From contig NC_091471.1 in assembly GCF_036971445.1 (NCBI RefSeq), forward strand, positions 351,974,001-352,038,000: a stretch of DNA of 64,000 nt, given 5' to 3'. Source of the stretch: Narcine bancroftii (taxonomy: Eukaryota). The stretch's first letter is position 1. Every line of letters starts with the position of its first letter. Of this stretch, positions 1 through 10,658 are shown piece by piece. A model generated the notes under the pieces. That model was not told the DNA's origin and ran no database searches. It worked only from the letters and a program-made list of their open reading frames with translations. The translations under genes and the position numbers were made by a program.

Positions 1-176
1 GGGCTGGGCCAGTGGTTGGTTTAAATTTTTTCTTTCAAGGGTATTTCTTTATTGGGGGGTGGGGGGGGGAACATCACATGATTGTAATTAGTTGGTGGAT
101 ATTTGTATATATTGAAGAAATGTGTGATGTTTCTTTTTTTAAATTATGAAAATGAAAAATAAAATATTCAAAAAAC
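1..176 (+). mobile_element. L1-type LINE 3' tail
   Basis: G-run, T-rich segment, then AATAAA and an A-rich end, like the L1 tails at ~13350-13516, ~45900-45940 and ~60470-60587. Confidence 0.5.
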
Positions 177-1939
177 TTTAACAGCATGGGAAAGTTGGTA
201 ACACTATAATGCACAATTTATACAGAATGGGAAAGATGGTAGCTTTTCCCCCAGTCATTACAAATTGTACGTGATAGCATGACCAACTTTCTCATCCTGT
301 TTAAAAATTGTCCACTATTACGATTTATTGCTAGCATTTCCCCATGGTCCCTTATAAAGGTTTATATAGGTTGGCACAATAACAGGAGCTGAAGGGCTCA
401 TACTGTGCTGTATGTAAAGATTAATTCTGTTATTATTAGGCATGATTAATACATTGATCAGGATTTAGGGCAGTTCCACCATCGCTCGATGGATCATGTC
501 ACCGGTAGATGGTAGATCAGTCCTAAACTTGGGGATGGCTCCTTGCAAGTGTGTAAGTGATCACTGTCCCAGATAGGAGTGATCAAGAGTGAAAAGCCAA
601 ACCCCCACCCCTATCCCAGGACAATGGTCGGCCAATTTAGTGGAATGCAAGTGTAAAAGGGGCAAATGAAAGAGAGCTCCCAAAGACTTCATTGGGGAGA
701 TAATCACCCAACAATTCAATGAAATGTCAGCAGAAAATCCTCAAAGCAGAATCGCCCAGCTTTGATTCACAATGGTGCCTTTGAAATCTGATACTGTGTA
801 ATTGTGTGGAGCTCACACATTCCCCATGATGCGCAGGTAGGTTATATGACCGCTGTACAGAGACAGGAGGGGAAGCGATGGCCCTGTGAGAGAGCAAGTT
901 ACAGTGAGGTGAGTGGAAAAATGGGATTGAGAGAAATACTCTGAGCTGGCATAGACTCAATGGGCCAAAGAAACTTGGTTGCGGGAACATCGTGTGAAAA
1001 TGGATATTGCAGATTTCATGTTAAATGGGAGGGAGGCTACTTAAACCACAGAAAGAAAAGCTGGGTTGAGTGAACCAACTTGGTTCCTCTTTCTTTCCGA
1101 GAACAGTAGGTCTGTGAAACAAGTCATGCAGCAACTGTCGATTCAAAAGTCCCTGCGACCTGGAACTGGGCTTGCTGCTCACCTACCTCCCACCCAGGGC
1201 AGATTTACTATCCTGGTCCCATACAGCAGGCACTAATGAGTAGAAGGAGCACACTTGGAGCAGAGAGGTGGAGAAGACGACAGACAGAATTCCGATGACA
1301 ATATCTGTTACTGAACCAGTTTGGAGGAATGGGGGCTTTGGCTCAGGCAGAACCTTGCTGTGCACAAATTGGAGCCTCTTCCTGCTTTGCAACAGTTGTG
1401 ACTGCACTAGTGTCAGACCACTTCCTGAAAAGGGACAAGAAACCAATGCAAAAAAAAGCTTTCATCTCATGAACGGAGGGGGTTCCTGGGGAATTTCCCC
1501 CCCCCACCCCATCTTGCTTCCCTCTTTTGTCAGAGGTTTTCTGCTCTTGTCCCTCTCCCAGGCAGGCTGTGTGGTGTCCTCTAATACTGGTGCAGGACAG
1601 CCAGATCAGTTGCATTTTTGTTGTCACTGACTCCCCAACACCAGGACCATTTCACTCAGAAGTCCCCAACCTCACCCCTTGCACCAAAACCCTGCGATTT
1701 GAGCATTCCTGGGCCATCCCCAGACAGGTGACATTACTGGCTCCCCAGAGCATTATTCCTGTCAGGAGGTCCCAGGGACCTTCTTGGAAATGACCCAAGG
1801 TGAACACTACTAGCGAGACCAACATTGTCCACCCGCAGATGGAGCCAAACTTTTGTTGTGAAGTGTAATCACTGCTGTCACAGACAATGGAGCAGTGACT
1901 CCTTCACAGAAAGCTCTCATAAGGCTAGTTGACCTTCAA

Positions 1940-2337
1940 GTTAGAACCATAGAATATTACAACACTGAAAAAGGCCCCTTTGGCCCTTCTAGTCTGTGCC
2001 AAACAATTTTTCTGCCTAATCCCACTGAACTGCAGTCAATCCATAACCCTCCATACTCATCCCATCCATGTATCTGTTCAAATTCTTCTTAAATGTTAAA
2101 ATTAACCCCACATTCACCATTTCAGCTGCCAGCTCATTCCACACTCCCACCACTCTCTGTGAGTTCCCCCTAAACTTAGCCCCTTTCACTCATAACCCAT
2201 GTCCTCTGGTTCATATCTCACCCACCATCAGAAGAAAAAAGCCTTTCCATATTTACTCTATCTATGCTCCTCATAATTTTGTATATCCCCATCAAATCTT
2301 CCCTCATTCTTCTACACTCCACAGAGTAAAGTCCTGA
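1940..2337 (-). mobile_element. CR1-type LINE 3' fragment
   Basis: Minus-strand LYSVECRRMREDLMGIYKIMRSIDRV (CR1 ORF2 C-terminus) plus a typical ctatggttcta tail. Confidence 0.85.
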
Positions 2338-2452
2338 CCTGGACTTTAGTGGTTGACTGAAGTGGGAAGGTTGGGGGGGCGGGGAAGAAAGGATGGGAAG
2401 GATGAAGAGAGAAGTGTTGAGCAAGATGTAGAGAATGGTTGGCGTTCAAGAT

Positions 2453-2700
2453 GGGCGACACAGTTGGCTTAGTGATTAGCACAACGCCAGCGATTGGGAC
2501 CGAAGTTCAAGTTCCGCACTATAAGGAGTTTGTATGTTCTCTCAGTCTCTGCGTGAATTTTCCCTGAGGGCTGCGGTTTCCTCCCACCTATTGAAACGTA
2601 CCAGGTGTGTTGATTTATTGGGTGTAAATTGGGTGGCACGGACTTGTGGGCTGAAATGGCCTATTTCCGTGCTGTATGTCTAAATTTCATTTTAAAAATT
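2453..2700 (+). mobile_element. tRNA-derived V-SINE (HE1-like)
   Basis: A/B-box-like head, V-domain ggagtttgtatgttctc...ggtttcctcccac, and CR1-derived 3' tail. Confidence 0.8.
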
Positions 2701-3269
2701 TGAAAACAATCAAATCATGGTAGCTTTTACTTCCTTTAAATGATACATGGAAGAAGGGAAAATGAGAAACCCAGCAATGGTATCCTGCAAATCTTGCTGG
2801 GCACTGCCACTAGGGCATTTTCCCTCACCTACACATCATTGGTTATACAACATACCTGCTGACCACAAAGGTCAGGGCTATTGGCCAAAGAGGTGTCAAG
2901 AGTCTCGCAGAAACCTCAGGGAAGTTGATGTGAACTGTTGGTGAATCTAGATTTTCAACAAAAATCAATTAATGGCACTGTTGGCAGTGTGACCAATGTA
3001 TTTACAGGACAACCGTCTCCGATAAGCTTCTCCATCTGACGCAGAATCAGGGCAGATTAATCAAAATCTTCCTGCCATGCAATTTAGCGAAAAGGTTTGG
3101 AAGCCATAAAAATCTGCAAGATATGGCAACTTGTCAATACTACCCACTGCACGGAGAGTAAACCGATACACCTCGTGCTGCATGTGTGTCACCAGGTGCT
3201 GTCACTGCCAGATCGCTTTCCAGCTCAGTTAACACTCAGCCAGGGATTTCCCAGGCAGGAACCCCATCA

Positions 3270-3556
3270 AGTTTTGAACCACAGCCTCAGAATAAAAGGA
3301 TGGCCCTTTACAACAGAGAACAAGAGAAGTTTCTTCAGCCAAAGGGTGGGGAATCTGTGGAATTCGTTCCCACAGGCAGCTGAAGGCCAAGTCATTGGGT
3401 ATATTTAAAGCCAAGGTTGGTAGGCTCTTGATTAGTGAGGGCTAAGGATATGGGAAGGTGCGAGAACAGGGAGGATAGACAAAGACATGATTTGATTGGC
3501 AGAGCAGACTCAACAGGCTGAATGGCCTAATCCTGCCCCTAAGTCTTAGTCTTCTA
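3270..3556 (+). mobile_element. CR1-type LINE 3' fragment
   Basis: HSLRIKG...FFSQRVGNLWNSFPQ motif and 3' UTR ggctgaatggcctaatcctg. Confidence 0.8.
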
Positions 3557-5019
3557 ACCTTAACTGGTGGACAGATTCACACAAGGTCCCAGGTGCCTGA
3601 ATCTCAAATACCCAATGCATCATCACACCAGGGGAGACCACGAGGTTGTGGAATCGCCATCTCAGCAACCTTTCAACCCCATTTCCTCATTTGAGGTCAT
3701 GGCCAGAGGTAGAATGAGGAAGCCCCCTGCTGTCCAGCTTGGGCCTTGATGCACCTCCCCACCCCACTGCCACTGTGAGGGCAGCAACCAAACACCATGA
3801 CTTGGTTCTACTCCGGCTGCACTGTGGAACAGACCATCAGGCAGCCTGCCAGAGTACCCTTCTAACCCAAAGCCGATTAATTAAACAGATGCGAATGACC
3901 AGGTTTAGCATCCATTACACACACGTACAATCCCAACTGCACATTGTCCCTGTCTGCAGCCAACCAGCCTGTCTGGTTCAATCAAGGTTGACATGGCAGA
4001 AAAAACAGAAAACTACTTCCACAGATGTACAGAGTGGCTTCAGGAGCACAGGGGTTTGGCTGTGAGCTTGACACAAGCCACAACCCAACAAGGTAGTCTC
4101 CACAGTACCACAGCACATTCAACATCCCAGAACATCTGCTGTAGAAGAACAGAGCAGCCAATCCATCCACAACAATCAGCAACAGGTGACCAACAAATAA
4201 TCTGAGGTTTTGGGGTTGAGAAAATGTTAAATACTGACTCAGTAGCTCCATTCTAAATCATATCAGTTCACCTGGGGGACAGCAGAGCATCAATAAACAC
4301 ATCACTGCTGCTGTCTCAACCAGATAATGTGAAGGAAGTTTAGTTATTTCTGTTCTCAGCTGTCAAATGAGTAGGATGGCTCCAAGTACAGCCAAGGCCT
4401 CTGCCCTTTTCCATCCAGAAGGAGCCCCATTAAAGGCATTTCTTGTTACCTCACCTTTAAGGCAGGATGCTTAAACAAATGCTTCACATCATTGGACAAA
4501 GTCTGACTACTACATTAAATTTAGATTAGAGGAGAAAGAGCGGCTCTAGGTACTGTAAGGAGCAGGGGTCAGAGGTCGTGAGTGAACAAAAAGTGGGCAG
4601 AAAATGAAAATTAAATCAAAGGAGAAAGAGCCATCCAACCCAATCTCATCCTAACACTGGATCTTCAAGCAGCTATAATCACACATGGAATGGGAAGAGT
4701 GAGAAAGGGAAGGGAGAGCAACATCCCAGTCTTGAGAAGTGACTGCAAACATGGATGGTGACAGGGAAATAAGCTCTTTGGCTAAGGATCCAAACTACAG
4801 GTCAATGCGAGATTGGAATGTCTTACCCAGACCTTCAGATGAGAAGCAATTGACCGAACGATGGGTCACAGAGTACAGACACCAAATTTGTGCCAAGAAA
4901 CATTTCAGCTTTTTGAATATATGTGGACAACCATTCAAGGGTAGACCGCAGGGACTTGCACCTAGAGTCCCAGTTTTATTCTCAACCAATGTTAAGGAAT
5001 GCACTGCAGCCTTGTGTCC

Positions 5020-5390
5020 TGGGATGGAAAAGGCAGCAATCAAAGACTCAGACCACCTAGCACATGCTCTGTTCTTGCTGCTGCCATCATGAAAGAGGTG
5101 TCGGTGCCACAAGACTCGCAACATCAAGTTCAGGAACAGCTGCTCCCCATCCACCAGACTCCTCAACAACAAACTCAGAGACTCATTTAAGGACTCTTAC
5201 TTTTGCACTATGATTTTTTTTCTCTGTATTGCACAGTTTGTTTGGATTTCTTAATTTATTTAAATGTGTACATTATGTAGTTTATTTTTTGCACTACTGA
5301 TTAGTGGTAATTCTGCCTCACCTGCAGGACAAAGAATCTCAGGGTTCTATGCGATGTCATGTAGGGACTCTGACAATACATCTGAAATCA
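5020..5390 (+). mobile_element. Rex1/Babar LINE 3' end
   Basis: IKDSDHLAHALFLLLPS...TRLLN-type C-terminus. The 3' UTR is shared with copies at 16478-16785, 31730-32210 and 41355-41582. Confidence 0.85.
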
Positions 5391-6469
5391 TTGCTGAGTG
5401 AATGTGCCACCAGTTTGATCTACTTGAGCAACAGCTGGAGGAATTGCAGAGGATTCCAGATGTGAAGAGCTCTGTGGACAGCATGTTGCTTTTTTTTTAT
5501 ATATAAAAAGAGGTTGTTGCTCCACAGTCAAGGTCATGTAGCTCGAATAGGAATGAGTGACTGCTCTCCCAAAGAAGGAAGGCAGACGGCAGGGTGCAAC
5601 TTGCTCCAGAACAATGCATGCACTCTGTCAATCAACCATTCTGACTGGGAGTGAATTGATGCAACTTTCTGGCTGCTGTGTATCTGGGTCACACATCGAC
5701 CAGCTGTGGCAACATCAGCAGATTTTCTCTTCTGAAGATTAGTGGAACAGATGCGATTTTAAGGCTGGCACATTTGTTACTGGCTTTTCCTTCCATGTGT
5801 ATTTAAATAAATTTAAATTTTCCCTGTGGAATTCAAACTCTTTTCTCTGGGTCATCACTTCAGATTGCTCAAAAGAATTCAAAACAAATTGAATTCCATC
5901 AGCTTGTCAGATCCATGGAGCTCAGCAATCACAGAATGCTCTTTGTACTTCCTCCTTTGGTAGTGTGTATTCCTAATCCTTGGATGTGTTGACCCCAGGA
6001 CCACTGCAACATTCCTCCTCCAATGCAAGGGTAATTTCCAACCCTGCCCCAAGCCCAAACATACTGTGGGCAGGGAATGAGGGTGATAAACAAGGGATAC
6101 TTTGAACCACCAAAACAAGAAAATGCTCAGTGAAATGAAGAGGCATCTTCTTTCTCACAGTGGACTCCTTGGCTTTACATTCTGACCAAAGGCATTGAAA
6201 GTATATTTTGCTACATCAGTGAAGCTTCACAACCTGATGGCAGTAAATTCTATGGGGTGGTTTTCTCAATCTGCTGAGGTTGCAAGGATTGGCACAGTGG
6301 GGACTAAGACAAGTTGCCTGAGCTGAGGGGGTACCTCATGGAGGGTGCTGAATCTCAGGAGGGCTGTGGAAGCAGGATCATTGAACAGGGAAATGGTTAC
6401 TTTTGAAAGCAGGGAATCTAGGGCTATGAAGAATTGACATGGAAATGGTGATGTCCTGTGGCAGATGGG

Positions 6470-6880
6470 CCAAATAAGAAATAGGAGCAGGAGTCAGCCA
6501 TAAGGCCCATCAAGCCTGCTCAACCATTCAATGAGATTACAACTGATCTGGTGATAGGATCACCTCTGCCTACCTGCCTTTCCCCCACATCCCTCAATTC
6601 CTTTACTATGCAAAAGTCTATCCAATCTTGTCTTAAATATATTTACTGAGGTCACCTCCACTGCTTCGATGGGTAGTGAATTCCAGAGATTCATCATCCT
6701 CTGGGAAAAACAGTTCCTCCTCATCTGTCCTCAATCTACTACTCTGAATCTTCAGGCTATGGCCCCTAGTTCTGGGCTCCTCCACCAATATAACCAACTT
6801 ACCAACCTCTATCTTCTCTAGGCCTTTCAGAATTTTATGTTTCCATAAGATCCCCTGTCATTCGTCTACATTCCACTGAG
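6470..6880 (-). mobile_element. CR1-type LINE 3' fragment
   Basis: SVECRRMTGDLMET on the minus strand plus CR1 3' UTR (ataagaaataggagcagga on plus). Confidence 0.8.
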
Positions 6881-8794
6881 CACAGATTGGGATGAAGAGC
6901 AAGGACAGTCTTGGACTCATCGAAGGGCAAGGATTTGAATTTCCATCCCTCTGGGATGACAACCAAGAAGCAATGCTGCAGAACCATAGATGAAGAGTTT
7001 AAACCAGGGGATGAAGCAATGGGTAACACAAGTTGAATGCTTTCCCACCCACCCATATGGCTCAGCATCTGACAGCTGCTGTGATCATCCTAATCCAATG
7101 ACAATAGTGAGCGAGGAGCTCACTAATGGAGGAGAAAAGCAGAGAGTAATTTAGATTTGGCGCCAGACATTCAAAAGGAAACCATTTGAACCACGGGGAA
7201 AACAGCAATCAAAACCTTGTGCCACTCTTCAGATCTCTACACCTTGTTCAGTGACTGGAGAAACTGCACAAAATCCATCAACCCACTGCCACGACGCGAT
7301 ACCCTGTAAGGCTTCATACTTTTGGACGGAATCAGGCAGCAAGCTTGAAGCAGAATATTCAAGGTCACAAAGAACAGGTCCTCCAGCCCCTGTCAATCAC
7401 AGGGATGACAGATAGGCTTCCTTCTTCTGGCTCTTCCAGCTCTTCATCTGATTCACATGCCTATGCTCTCTGGTCCTGCCCAGTTCTCTTAGAACACAGG
7501 TACCAAAAAAAGTGACCAAAAGACAGGACTACTCTACCTTGACAGCAGGGACAAGTCCGCACCAGCAGATCACCCTTTAATGGGGCAGAGTCTGCAAATC
7601 ACATAATCGGTCTCCTCCGAACCGATCCTTGATCTCAAGCACCTGCCCAGAAAGGGTGGAAATTAACTGACGAGTGGTTGTTCAAACTGGATGAGATGAA
7701 AACAAGAACCGAGGACAAGATGGAGCTAAATGTCTTTGTATTGGACCTGTGACCTGGTACTGCGCATCTCTGACAGGAGAGGACATCCTCCAGCACACAG
7801 CCTCCAGGGGAGAGACTTTCCCTGCAGAAGGGAATCTACCTCATGCAGAGCACTAGAAATGTTCCAAAATACTTGAGCATACACACAAAAAAGCATTGGC
7901 AAGTTGAAGCCTTCCAGTGAAAGCAACAAAATCAACAAGTTAACTGGGGCTGGTTAATCCGGCTGAGTAACTACAGAGCCACACATACACAAACATATAA
8001 CTCAGAGCGGTTTTCACAAGTGCACTAGGAACCAGCAGCTTGGAATTATCCAAATGTTTCCTGAAATCGATGCCAAGCTTAGAGAAAGTAAACACAACCT
8101 GCCCCTCAGGCTTTCTCCATAAACTTTCCTCGAGAGGGGACAGGCAGAGAGATGTGGCTCACAACATTCCTGCCGAGGAAGGGCTGGACGGGATATGACT
8201 GGATCATCTCTCAGACTGGCTATGGCCTTCGATTCTGGAGCCTCGAGCACAGAAACCAGTCACACGGACACTCCTACATCCTTCCACCCCAGTAATCCCA
8301 ACACAGGGGCTGGAACCTGGAGCAATATAATCAGCTGGAAGAACAGTGGCTTGAGCAGCAGTGGGAGGAGAAGAATGGTTGACATTTTGGGCCAGAGGGT
8401 TCTGCCCTGCTATGCTGATCATCTTTTTTCTCTCCTTTACGAAACTTGACCTACTGGAGTTCCTCCAGCAATTTCATTGCCGATATAATGACCGTGTTCT
8501 ACATCAGCCCGCTTCTTCATTCTATTTCCCCCTAAACACACACTCTCCACTCCAGAGATTTCCACACCTCCAGACTGAGTGCAGCCACCTCACTAGAACC
8601 AAGCAGTGGTTTGATCACCAGGAACCCATACTCCAGTCTAGAACTTCTCTTCCCCCTTGGCAACAACTTCTTCCCTGCCAGATCTTTCATTCCCAAAATT
8701 CTCTGGCACATTGGGCTGGTGGCTCCCATTGCTCAGCAGGGCCTCAAACAGTCGAGATAAACTGCTGTGCTGGAACCAAGGAGTTCTTTTAAAG

Positions 8795-9010
8795 GCTGAC
8801 GCTGTTGGCGTAGCTGTCAGCACAATGCTGTTACAGTGCCGGGGTTTGAATCTGGTACCATCTCTAAGGAGTTTCTACACACTCCCCATGTCAGTGTGGG
8901 TTTCCTGAGTGCTCTGCTTTATTACCACCGTTCAAAAAAATTACAGGGGTTGCAGATCAGGCTCGTGGGGCAAAAGATCTGTTACCATACTATATATCTA
9001 AATTAAAAAT
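8795..9010 (+). mobile_element. V-SINE (HE1-like), degenerate
   Basis: aggagtttctacacactccccatgtcagtgtgggtttcc V-domain; similar to 2453-2700. Confidence 0.7.
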
Positions 9011-9959
9011 GCAAGAATTCTCCCCACCTCGAAATGCTTCTCATTAAATCAAATACAGATCCAGAGTTCTCGGAGATTTGTCCAACAAAGGATCCAGGCA
9101 ACAATTAAAATCTCCTACCAAAACATTCTCATTTGACTGATTCAAATTCAAAAATACATCAGAAATAAAAGTTTCATCATCTTCATTAATGTCCAGCATT
9201 CAGAAAAAAATCTTACAGTTAACTACTAAAACTCTCCCTGCATTGGCAGAAAAAGAATCCAAACTGAATGAAACCTTTTTATTTACCAATATCACAACCC
9301 CTCTAGATTTAGAATTACAAGGAAGAAGCAATGCAATTACATGTCCTATCCAATCCCTTTTCCAACTTCAAATGTTCTTTTTCTGTCAAATGAGTTTCTT
9401 GCAAGAACTGGAATGTTCCCTGCCCACACTCATAGTCAACCCTCCCCCCAAAAACAGGCCCTCTCTCAATCACTTCTGAAACTGAAATGTGGGGTATTTG
9501 CTCCTCGGAGAGGACCTCCGACCAGTTTTTGATGCAGACACAAGATGAGAACCAGGACCAGAAAATTTCCATACTAGACAGACACTGCAGATCTGTTCTG
9601 CCAGTATCAAGACATCCCAACAGATTTAAGATTCTGCTTTTTACACTCAAATTGTTCCAAAACAGTCCTGAAACAGACCCTGAACAATTCATGACTAGCA
9701 TCAATCGCCATCCTGGGAAAAACTTTAACCCAACTCCATTACATCACATAACTTCCAGTCAGAGACAATCCAATGCTCTCAAATCATTAGGTTGAAGGCT
9801 GGTGATACCCATTCACTGATTTCCCAATTGCTGTTGTTACTGCCACATGCAAGCAAGATCAATGCATCATGTAAACCAAAACAACCATTGAACAAACAAC
9901 AAAGATTCAACAACACTTTCTTTCCCATGATAATCAGAGTCATGAGCAAACCTCGTATG

Positions 9960-10290
9960 TAAAATTCCCAAATCTGAGGAGATTTGGAATGTCATTGGAT
10001 TCTTTATTAAACTTATGCAGGTACGCGGTGGAAAGTATACTGGCAAGTTACATCACAGCCTGGTTTGACTGCCTAGGAATGCAGAAGGCCACAGCCAGAT
10101 GCATCACAGGCTCAAACCTCCTGTCCACTGAAGACATCCATGTTAGGCACTGCCTGAAGGACCCCCATCACCCTGGTCACAACCTCTTCTCACTGCTACC
10201 TTTGGGCAGAAAGTACAGACACCTCAAAACTAGCACCTCTCATTTCAAAAACAGTTTATTTCCAACAGCTGTTAAACCCTTGTTCCTCCC
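9960..10290 (+). mobile_element. Rex1/Babar LINE fragment
   Basis: AVESILASYITAWF...KDPHHPGHNLFSLLPLGRKYR...FKNSLFPTAVK. Confidence 0.85.
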
Positions 10291-10319
10291 TTGGTACACT
10301 GATCATAGGTTGCTCTGAC

Positions 10320-10637
10320 AGATGGATTGTCTGCACTGTTGCAAATAAGGAGGTTTGGTATGACACCAGAAACCCTGGCAAATTTCTACAGAGGTGTGGT
10401 AGAAAGTGTGCTGACCAGCTACGTCATGGTCTGGTATGGGAAAACCAATATCATTGCGTGTGAAGCCCTCCAAAAGGCATTGGACACAGCACAGGATATC
10501 ACAGGCAAAATCCTCCCCACCATTGATAACATATACAGGGAATGCTGCCATCAGAGACCAGCAGCAATCATCAAGGATCCACACCACCCAGCACATCCAC
10601 ACCATCTCAGAGCTGCCGCCAGGAAAGAGGTGCAGAT
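10320..10637 (+). mobile_element. Rex1/Babar LINE, left part of a split copy (continues at ~16478)
   Basis: LANFYRGVVESVLTSYVMVWYG...IIKDPHHPAH; breaks off at gaaagaggtgcaga. Confidence 0.85.
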
Positions 10638-10658
10638 TAAGTCAAGTTACCTTTATTT

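Noticed and set aside
2453-2520. tRNA gene
   Set aside because: Only a degenerate tRNA-derived SINE head, with no cloverleaf.
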